From an uncultured candidate division Zixibacteria bacterium (GTDB taxonomy: Bacteria; Zixibacteria; MSB-5A5; SM1-73): 64,000 nt of DNA. Made by a program: the position numbers and the translations under genes. The notes below the pieces were generated by a model that was not told the origin of the DNA, did no database searches, and worked only from the letters and a program-made list of their open reading frames with translations. Positions 56,654-64,000 of this stretch are shown in pieces. The stretch lies in NCBI GenBank assembly GCA_903908285.1, contig CAIVRH010000014.1:57991-121990 (forward strand), written 5' to 3'. Position 1 is the stretch's first letter. Every line of letters starts with the position of its first letter.

Positions 56654-58252
56654 TTGGGAAAAAGACCGAAAATCATTCAAATTACTTCATCCATCATTAT
56701 TTTTATCCTGGTGTGTATACCTTACTTGGTGTATGGGGAGACGATTACCCCGGGGAAAATAGCCGTTTCCACCCCCAACCCGGTGGAAACTACTCCGGCT
56801 CTGGAAAATAGCATCGATCCGGCAGAATATATGCTGGGCGCCGGGGACGAGCTATCCATCGACATCTGGGGTGAGACCAATATCCATAACACTTTGACGG
56901 TAACGCCGGAGGGGGACCTATTGATTCCCGGGGTGGGAAAAGTTTCGGTGGCAGGAATTTACCTGTCCGATGCCAAAAACACTGTCTCAGAGGCTATCCT
57001 GCAATCATATAAGAAAGTCCCGATTACCATTACCCTGACCAAGCTGAAAAAAGTAAAAGTGATTGTAAGCGGAAGAGTCAGATCACCGGGGGTATACTCC
57101 GTCTACGCCAACACCCGTATTTCGGAGGCGGTCGACACCGCCGGGGTTATAGAGGATAGTTCTTCCTTAAGAAACATAGTAATCACCCACATGAATGGGG
57201 AATCTTCCATAGCCGATATCTTCAAGTTTATCCGGATAGGTGATCGGATCAGGAATCCTTACGTCCAAGGAGGGGACATCGTATTTGTGCCCTCCCGGGA
57301 AGAAGATATAAATACTATCGGAATCTATGGAGCAGTGAAATCCGGAGGGGAATTCGAATATTCGGCATTTGACAGCCTTATGGACTTGGTAAACATAGCC
57401 TACGGGTTAACCATGGATGTGGACCTTCTCCGGGGTGAACTGGTCAGGTTCAATCCGGATCACCTCACCACCACCACTCTCCCCATTGATCTACAAGGAT
57501 TGGTAGCGGAACACGCCCCTCTGAAGAATCTCCCTCTTTTTCCGGATGACCGGGTGTTTATCCGAACGATACCGAAGTATCATAAAAGAGACCAGGTGTA
57601 TATAAAGGGAGAAGTGCTCTATCCCGGGGTTTACCAGATAGAAGAGGACAGCACCAGGCTTTCTGAGGTTATTACCAAAGCCGGTGGATTCACACCGTTT
57701 GCGTCACTAGCCGAAGCGGAAATGATTCGAACCTATAATGTAAGCGATCCGGAATTCGAAAGATTGAAAAAAATCCCGGTGGCAGATATGACCACGTCAG
57801 AATATGATTATTACAAACTCAGATCGAGGGAAAAACAGGGCAGAGTGGCTTGCGATTTTGAGAAACTTTTTGAAAGCAAGTTAAACCGCTACGATCTTAC
57901 TTTAAAGAATGGCGATATCATCAACATACCTGCCAAGAGTATGGTGGTGAATGTCTCGGGCAGTGTTATAAATCCCGGACTGGTTCCTTATACTCCGGAT
58001 GAAAATTATAAATACTACATTGATCATGCCGGCGGGTATTCGTGGAAAGCGCGCAAGAATAGCGTAGTGATAATCAAAGGCCAAACCGGAGAGCGAATGA
58101 AACCCTCTCCCGGGCGCAAAATCGATCCCGGAGATACTATTTTGATACCGGAGAAACCGGAAAGGGATTACTGGAAATTCATCAAGGATACGATGCTGGT
58201 TCTGGGGAATGTGGCAACGGTGTATCTGGTGATCCAACAGGCGACCAAGTAA
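56654..58252 (+). CDS. Polysaccharide export outer-membrane/periplasmic protein (Wza/KpsD-like; Poly_export plus SLBB domains)
   Basis: YMLGAGDELSIDIWGE...TVTPEGDLLIPGVGKVSVAGIYLSDAKNTV matches the Poly_export motif. Repeated soluble-ligand-binding beta-grasp modules (KGEVLYPGVYQIEE, GSVINPGLVPY). Confidence 0.7.
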   Translation: MGKRPKIIQITSSIIIFILVCIPYLVYGETITPGKIAVSTPNPVETTPALENSIDPAEYMLGAGDELSIDIWGETNIHNTLTVTPEGDLLIPGVGKVSVAGIYLSDAKNTVSEAILQSYKKVPITITLTKLKKVKVIVSGRVRSPGVYSVYANTRISEAVDTAGVIEDSSSLRNIVITHMNGESSIADIFKFIRIGDRIRNPYVQGGDIVFVPSREEDINTIGIYGAVKSGGEFEYSAFDSLMDLVNIAYGLTMDVDLLRGELVRFNPDHLTTTTLPIDLQGLVAEHAPLKNLPLFPDDRVFIRTIPKYHKRDQVYIKGEVLYPGVYQIEEDSTRLSEVITKAGGFTPFASLAEAEMIRTYNVSDPEFERLKKIPVADMTTSEYDYYKLRSREKQGRVACDFEKLFESKLNRYDLTLKNGDIINIPAKSMVVNVSGSVINPGLVPYTPDENYKYYIDHAGGYSWKARKNSVVIIKGQTGERMKPSPGRKIDPGDTILIPEKPERDYWKFIKDTMLVLGNVATVYLVIQQATK

Positions 58253-58314
58253 AAACGGTTCGCAGTTCATAGCCCATGGTTTAGAATATTATAAGGATTA
58301 TGCAAGGATGAGGA

Positions 58315-59568
58315 ATGGAAAATAAAGAAATCGAACAGGAAAAGGTGGATATTTTCAGTTACCTAACAGTGCTGGTGAGCTATCGCAGGTTCATCTTTTT
58401 AAATATGGTTGGAGTATGCGTGATCGTTGCCATCATCTCCCTATTCCTCCCCAATTGGTATCGTGCTACCACCACCATTCTCCCCCCCCAGAGAGAGACT
58501 TTGAACTTAGGCATGGCTTCCTCCCTGCTTGGCGCAGCCTCCGGAATCAGCTCATCTTTCTCCCTGCCACTAATGGCCACCCCCTCGGATGTTTACGCGG
58601 CAATTTTGAAATCTAGAACAGTCACCGAGGCGGTAACGGAAAAAGAGAATCTGATGTCGGTTTATAAAATCAAATCGAGGGAAGCTACCATAAAAGAGCT
58701 TATCTCGCGGGTATCGGTGAATGTCACTCCGGAAGGTCTGATATCCTTGTCTTATGAGGACCGGGATCGAAACAGAGCCGCGGATGTGACGAATCGTTTT
58801 ATCCAAGAGTTGGACCGGATCAACCGGGAGACCAGCACCTCCAAAGCAAAAAACGCCCGGATTTTTATTGAGGAGAGATTGGCTCAGACCCAAAAGGATT
58901 TAAACTTAGCAGAGGAAAATCTTAAGCGATTCCAGGAGGAAAATAAGACACTGGTGCTGAACGAGCAGATGAAGAGCGCCATTGAAAAAGCGGCGGATCT
59001 CAAAGCGGAGATGGTTTCCTCCGAGATCGAGCTGAATGTACTGAGCAAAACCATGTCCCCCTCCCATCCCCAGATTGCATCTTTGAGAAGCAGGGTAAAT
59101 GAAATTAAAAGACAACTGGGGGTTTTGGAATTGGGAAATCAGGAAGAAAAACCGGAAGATAAAACGGTTTTGGACGTTGCTTTCAACCAAGTCCCCTCGT
59201 TGAGCCTGCAGTTAGCCCGCCTGATCAGGGAAGTCAAAATTCAGGAGACGGTGTTTGAGCTATTAACTCAACAGTATGAACAATATAAAATCGAGGAGAA
59301 CAAAGATACTCCCACCGTCCAGATTCTGGATAGGGCGGTCCCCCCGGAGATGAAAGCCAAACCCAAAAGATCATTTCTGGTGGGAATAGCAGGCATTTTA
59401 AGCCTTTTTGTATCGGCTACTTTCGTTTTTGGACAAGAATATATCAAAAGATCAAGGAAGCGCAACCCGGAAGGTTTTAAAAGACTGGATGCGCTTTGGG
59501 GAGCCTGGCGCCAGGATGTGTATGATTTGAGAAAGAAGCTATCTATCAGATCCGGGAAAAAGGAATAA
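58315..59568 (+). CDS. Polysaccharide co-polymerase/chain-length-determinant (Wzz/PCP-family) protein
   Basis: N-terminal TM (LNMVGVCVIVAIISLFL), long coiled-coil periplasmic region, C-terminal TM (FLVGIAGILSLFVSATFVF). No kinase domain. Confidence 0.6.
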   Translation: MENKEIEQEKVDIFSYLTVLVSYRRFIFLNMVGVCVIVAIISLFLPNWYRATTTILPPQRETLNLGMASSLLGAASGISSSFSLPLMATPSDVYAAILKSRTVTEAVTEKENLMSVYKIKSREATIKELISRVSVNVTPEGLISLSYEDRDRNRAADVTNRFIQELDRINRETSTSKAKNARIFIEERLAQTQKDLNLAEENLKRFQEENKTLVLNEQMKSAIEKAADLKAEMVSSEIELNVLSKTMSPSHPQIASLRSRVNEIKRQLGVLELGNQEEKPEDKTVLDVAFNQVPSLSLQLARLIREVKIQETVFELLTQQYEQYKIEENKDTPTVQILDRAVPPEMKAKPKRSFLVGIAGILSLFVSATFVFGQEYIKRSRKRNPEGFKRLDALWGAWRQDVYDLRKKLSIRSGKKE

Positions 59569-59910
59569 ATAACAAAGTTCGTTCTCCGGTATTAAATCCT
59601 GTATAATAGTCGAAAGTTCGACAGCAAGAAGAAAGTCTTTGGCATACAAAGAAGTTGAAGAGATTAATCCCGTATCCGTAAGGGAACTAACCAACAGTCT
59701 GTAACAGAATCTCGTTAAAAATGACTATAGCGGTTCAGGGTTTAGATGGTGATAATCCGGCCAGGACCAGTAATTAACAGGAAACAGGGATTATTGTAAT
59801 TCCCGACATTCGGATGCTATTATGGAATAGGTGAAGATAGAAAACAACCCGTTTAAATCGAATAATGCCCCTGCAAATTGATATTTCGTATAGCCTGTGA
59901 GGTAAATGCC

Positions 59911-60654
59911 ATGGAAAATTTTATTGACCCATCTGCACAGTTAGAAGAGGGAACCAAAATCGGAAGATATTCGGTAATTGAGAAAGATGTGAAAATTGGT
60001 AAGAACTGCGCTATCGGTAACCATGTGATCATTTATGCCGGAACCCGGATCGGAGACTCTGTCCGGATAGATGACCATACGGTAATCGGTAAACTGTTGA
60101 TGAAGGCAGCTGCCTCCGCCACCACCGTCGAGCAAAAACTCTCCCCGGCTCAAATCGGGGACAACTGTATTATCGGGACCTCGGTGGTGATCTATGCCGG
60201 AGCTACCTTGGGCAAAAAGATTCTGGTGGCGGACCTATCCACCATCCGGGAAAACGTAACGGTGGGGGATTTCACCATAGTGGGAAGAGGAGTGGCTATC
60301 GAGAATTTCTGCAAGATCGGACCATACTGCAAGCTGGAGACTAATGTCTACATCACCGCCTACTCGGAATTGGAGGATCACTGCTTCATCGCCCCCTGTG
60401 TTGCCACCAGTAACGATAACTACATGGCGCGAAACCGGGAGAGATTTAAACATTTCAAAGGGGTGACGGTGAAAAAGGGAGGAAGGATCGGACTGAATTC
60501 CACCATCCTGCCGGGAAAGGTTATCGGGGAAGATTCGCAGGTAGCTGCTGGGGCGGTGGTAACCAAGGACACTCCCCCCAAGAAGATAGTCCTGGGAGCT
60601 CCGGCCAAAGTATGGGGAGATGTTCCGGAGGATCAGCTTTTGGAGAATCAATAA
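59911..60654 (+). CDS. Hexapeptide-repeat (left-handed beta-helix) sugar N-acetyltransferase
   Basis: Repeated [LIV]G hexads: IGKNCAIGNHVIIYAGTRIGDSVRIDDHTVIG...IGDNCIIGTSVVIYAGATLG. Confidence 0.7.
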   Translation: MENFIDPSAQLEEGTKIGRYSVIEKDVKIGKNCAIGNHVIIYAGTRIGDSVRIDDHTVIGKLLMKAAASATTVEQKLSPAQIGDNCIIGTSVVIYAGATLGKKILVADLSTIRENVTVGDFTIVGRGVAIENFCKIGPYCKLETNVYITAYSELEDHCFIAPCVATSNDNYMARNRERFKHFKGVTVKKGGRIGLNSTILPGKVIGEDSQVAAGAVVTKDTPPKKIVLGAPAKVWGDVPEDQLLENQ

Positions 60655-60727
60655 AGAGATTCATCCCCCTCCGAAGGGTAAGGATAGGCTATTCGATTAT
60701 CGGATTAAAAGTCAACGGAGGATATAA

Positions 60728-61825
60728 ATGCAAGTTCCATTGTTGGACCTGAAGAGACAATATAGTGCCCTAAAAAAAGAGTTGGAGCAGGCGGTTTTAT
60801 CCGTTATAGCTGAAACCAAGTTTATCATGGGTCCGGAGGTTGTGATTTTCGAAAAGGAAGCGGCGGAATATTGCGGATCAAAATACAGCATCGGGGTGGC
60901 ATCGGGAACGGACGCCCTCTTATTAGCGCTGCGGGCTTGTGAAGTTGGACCAGGGGACGAGGTGATCACCCCTTCTTTTACTTTTTTCTCTACCGCTGGG
61001 ACCATCACCCGCTTGGGAGCGACTCCGGTTTTCGTGGATATCGATCCGGACACATACAACATAGTACCGGAGCTGATCGAAAGTAAGATTACCCCGAAAA
61101 CCAAGGTAATCATGCCGGTTCATCTTTATGGCCAATGCGCGGATATGGATCCGATCAACCGGATTGCCCAAAAGCATCATCTGAAAGTGGTGGAGGATGC
61201 AGCACAAGCCATCGGGTCGAAATATAAGGGAAAGAAAGCGGGAGCGATGGGGGATTTCGGCTGTTTCTCCTTTTTCCCCAGCAAAAATCTGGGAGCGGCA
61301 GGAGACGGGGGATTGGTGACCACCGATAGTCCGGATATGGCAGAATTCATCCGCATCCTAAGATTCCACGGAGCCAAGCCCAAGTATTTCCATTCTTTTA
61401 TCGGTTACAACAGCAGATTGGATACAATTCAAGCCGCTATATTAAGCGTTAAATTGAAATACTTAGACGGTTGGACTGCCCGAAGAAGAGAACATGCCTT
61501 GGTTTATAATTCCGCCTTCAAAGGTTTGGATATCATTACTCCGCAGGAGGAGGATTTCAATTATCATATATATAATCAGTACACCATCGCGGTCAAAAAC
61601 AGGGATAAGCTTTCGGCAGTGTTAAAGGAGAACCAGATCGGACATGAGATTTATTACCCTGTACCTTTGCACCTGCAGGAATGTTATCGTTCTTTAGGAT
61701 ATAAGGAAGGCGATCTTCCGGTTACCGAGAGAAAGGCTAGGGATGTGATTTCGCTCCCCATATATCCGGAATTGACCACTGAGGAACAGGATTTTGTGAT
61801 CGAAACAGTAAAACGTTCGATCTAG
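60728..61825 (+). CDS. DegT/DnrJ/EryC1/StrS-family PLP-dependent sugar aminotransferase
   Basis: GPEVVIFEKEAAEYCGSKYSIGVASGTDALLLAL...FSFFPSKNLGAAGDGG (PLP-Lys). Confidence 0.8.
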   Translation: MQVPLLDLKRQYSALKKELEQAVLSVIAETKFIMGPEVVIFEKEAAEYCGSKYSIGVASGTDALLLALRACEVGPGDEVITPSFTFFSTAGTITRLGATPVFVDIDPDTYNIVPELIESKITPKTKVIMPVHLYGQCADMDPINRIAQKHHLKVVEDAAQAIGSKYKGKKAGAMGDFGCFSFFPSKNLGAAGDGGLVTTDSPDMAEFIRILRFHGAKPKYFHSFIGYNSRLDTIQAAILSVKLKYLDGWTARRREHALVYNSAFKGLDIITPQEEDFNYHIYNQYTIAVKNRDKLSAVLKENQIGHEIYYPVPLHLQECYRSLGYKEGDLPVTERKARDVISLPIYPELTTEEQDFVIETVKRSI

Positions 61826-61928
61826 TGACATTTTTTGGATCTTAGTTCAATCATATCTCGAAACCTGATACCTTTCCCCTTTTGGGGAGAGGGTTGGGTG
61901 AGGGAAATCTAATATAAAATCGAGTCCT

Positions 61929-63008
61929 ATGAAAATCATCTCTGTAGTGGGGGCACGTCCCCAATTTATAAAACTGGCTGCGCTTTCCAAAGAGCTGAGG
62001 AAAAAACACCGGGAGATCATACTCCACACCGGACAGCATTACGATAAGGAACTGTCCGAAGTTTTTTTCTCTGACCTTTCCATCCCCAGACCGGACTATA
62101 ATTTAGATATAGGTTCGGCTGAACATGGGAAACAGACTGGTAGGATGTTGGAAGCTATCGAAAAAATTCTACTATCGGAGAAACCAAAATTGGTTATAGT
62201 CTATGGAGACACCAATTCTACCTTGGCGGGAGCTCTGGCTGCCGCCAAGCAAAACGTTCCGGTAGCGCACGTGGAAGCAGGACTGCGCAGTTATAAGAAA
62301 TCCATGCCAGAGGAGATCAACCGGGTCTTGACCGATCATATCAGCTCTTTTCTCTTCTGCCCCACTCCCACATCTGTAAAAAATCTGAAAAAAGAGAGAA
62401 TAACCAAAGGGGTACATCTGGTAGGGGATGTGATGTATGATTCGCTTCGGGATCATATCGAAGTGGCAGAGAATAAATCAAAAATAATTAAGAAGCTTAG
62501 CTTACAGAAAAAAGATTATTATTTGGTTACGATTCATCGGGCTGAGAATACAGACATCAAGGAGAATTTACAAAAAGTGATCCAAATCATAGCAAACCTG
62601 GATAAAAAAGTTGTCTTCCCCATTCATCCCCGCACCAGAAAGAAGCTTGCCGGGTTTAGTCTTTGGAACCGGTTGCTTTCCTTATCTAATCTGATCTTAA
62701 TTGACCCGGTTAGCTACTTGGATATGTTGGTTTTGGAGAAAAACGCCAGATGTATATTAACCGATTCCGGTGGAGTACAAAAGGAAGCATATTTTCTGGA
62801 AACTCCCTGCCTTACTTTAAGAGAAGAGACCGAATGGGTTGAGACAATCACAAGTGGTTGGAATTGTATTACTGGTCTGAAGTTAGAAAAGATCAAACAG
62901 AATATAAGCAAGAATTTTCATCCTTTAAGATCAAATAGAGAACTACTACGAAATGCTGGTGCTTCTCAGGCTATTTGTAGAATATTAATAAAGACAGTAA
63001 AAGCATAA
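61929..63008 (+). CDS. wecB: UDP-N-acetylglucosamine 2-epimerase (non-hydrolysing)
   Basis: MKIISVVGARPQFIKLA...HTGQHYD...VIVYGDTNSTLAGALAAAKQNVPVAHVEAGLRS...EEINR. Confidence 0.8.
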   Translation: MKIISVVGARPQFIKLAALSKELRKKHREIILHTGQHYDKELSEVFFSDLSIPRPDYNLDIGSAEHGKQTGRMLEAIEKILLSEKPKLVIVYGDTNSTLAGALAAAKQNVPVAHVEAGLRSYKKSMPEEINRVLTDHISSFLFCPTPTSVKNLKKERITKGVHLVGDVMYDSLRDHIEVAENKSKIIKKLSLQKKDYYLVTIHRAENTDIKENLQKVIQIIANLDKKVVFPIHPRTRKKLAGFSLWNRLLSLSNLILIDPVSYLDMLVLEKNARCILTDSGGVQKEAYFLETPCLTLREETEWVETITSGWNCITGLKLEKIKQNISKNFHPLRSNRELLRNAGASQAICRILIKTVKA

Positions 63009-63036
63009 TCGACTAATCTCATAGAAGGAACATTAC

Positions 63037-64000
63037 TTGATCAAGTCCATCTTAAAAGATACCAGCAAAGATGCATTGAGATATGTTCCCGCCAAAGTTG
63101 TCCCGGCGTTGGTAAACTTTGTCGGGTTAATAGTATTCACCCACATTTTCTCCCCTGAAGACTATGGAAATTATTTTATAGTTTTAACCACAATAACGGT
63201 TTTACACTTAATCGGTTCGAACTGGGCTTCCAGTTCGGTAATGCGATTCTATGCGGAGTTCAATCTTAAAGGTAAACTTAATGAACTTTTCACCAATATC
63301 ATTTTCTCTTTTCTCCTTTGTAATGTAATAATTACCATCATTTACCTATCGGGGCTGGTTATTTTCAAAACTGAAATACCCGGGCAGTTAATCCCTTTTC
63401 TAAAGATAAGTATATTTTGTTACTTGTTTGGAGCTGCATATTTAGTGCTCCTATATTCTTTGAGGGCTGGTTTGCAGGCAACGGCATTTTCTAAGTTTGA
63501 AATCATCTCTTCGGTAGGAAAATTTGCTCTGGTTATGCCACTTGCGTTTCTACTGAAAATGGGATCTATCAGTTTGCTCTGGGGTATGTTGTGCATGAAT
63601 CTCATTCTGGTAGCACTAATCTCCAGAAGATTATCTCTTTGGGGAAAATTGAAGAAGAGCTTGTTCTCCCTGAAGGTCTCTTTGAATTTCTTCAAATATG
63701 GGGCACCTTTGGCTCTTTCCGGATTGTCGGCTTGGTTATTAATATTATCAGATAGATATTTGTTGCAATATTTCGGAACGGCTAAAGATGTCGGGATCTA
63801 TTCGGTTAGTTTTTCGGTAGTGGATGGCAGCTTTGTATTGCTGTATTCCATCTTGATGCTGGCGGCTTATCCGGTCATTGTCTTAACTTGGGAAGAGAAG
63901 GGAAAGGAAATGACCCAGCAATTGATTAGAGAATTCACTCGATACTATTTTATTCTTTGTATTCCGATCTTTGTTGGCATCTCTATTTTAAGCAAAGACA
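63037..64000 (+). CDS. Polysaccharide flippase (Wzx/MOP-superfamily), 3'-partial at window end
   Basis: TTG start. Frame open to the end of the window. Multi-TM translation ...FSPEDYGNYFIVLTTITVLHLIGSNWASSSVMRFYAEF... is typical of a Wzx N-terminus. Confidence 0.55.
   Translation, partial: MIKSILKDTSKDALRYVPAKVVPALVNFVGLIVFTHIFSPEDYGNYFIVLTTITVLHLIGSNWASSSVMRFYAEFNLKGKLNELFTNIIFSFLLCNVIITIIYLSGLVIFKTEIPGQLIPFLKISIFCYLFGAAYLVLLYSLRAGLQATAFSKFEIISSVGKFALVMPLAFLLKMGSISLLWGMLCMNLILVALISRRLSLWGKLKKSLFSLKVSLNFFKYGAPLALSGLSAWLLILSDRYLLQYFGTAKDVGIYSVSFSVVDGSFVLLYSILMLAAYPVIVLTWEEKGKEMTQQLIREFTRYYFILCIPIFVGISILSKD

Noticed and set aside
1-64000. tRNA, rRNA or tmRNA genes
   Set aside because: I scanned all intergenic spacers longer than 150 nt (18631-19206, 21454-22604, 36938-37580, 56227-56653, 59569-59910 and others) for cloverleaf-like GC stems with a CCA/T-loop GTTCRA motif. 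None was convincing. A tRNAscan/Infernal run would be the decisive check.

Overview
This 64-kb window appears to come from an uncultivated, non-Bacteroidetes bacterium, probably an FCB-group or candidate-phylum lineage. That reading is inferred from T9SS C-terminal sorting domains combined with canonical TTGACA-N16/17-TATAAT promoters and strong AGGAGG ribosome-binding sites. Housekeeping genes sit at the left end (mazG, cupin, nth, purine permease) and in the 47.9-54.8 kb stretch (miaB, GAF-REC regulator, short MetE-like protein, RelE/ParE toxin-antitoxin pair, ROK kinase, AspC-like aminotransferase). The rest is accessory surface and secretome territory.

The accessory content includes:
- Seven proteins carrying type-I dockerin-like modules: two gingipain-like C25 peptidases, a GH116/DUF608-like glycosidase, an FG-GAP propeller, PD40 propellers with N-terminal dockerins, and a small dockerin-only protein.
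- Two T9SS-CTD cargo proteins: a beta-helix protein and a giant Amidase_3-FN3 protein.
- A fibre protein with Hep_Hag-like 20-aa tandem repeats and a C-terminal intramolecular-chaperone (S74) domain.
- A FadL/PorV-family outer-membrane barrel and a Big_1 Ig-repeat lipoprotein.
- A sigma54 activator with a TPR sensor, placed immediately upstream of three tandem secreted PD40 paralogs. Two of these carry a near-identical 87-nt promoter/5'UTR element, which also truncates an Amidase_3 gene.
- A membrane-anchored P-loop/TPR NTPase.
- A decayed IS110 transposase fragment lying next to a frameshifted dockerin-PD40 paralog that is flanked by a repeated palindromic motif.
- A family of short GC-rich palindromic repeats at gene ends.
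- The start of a surface-polysaccharide locus (wza-like, wzz-like, acetyltransferase, DegT aminotransferase, wecB, wzx) at the right end.

No rRNA, tRNA or CRISPR array was recognised. All functional calls rest on motif-level reading of the translations; no database search was run.
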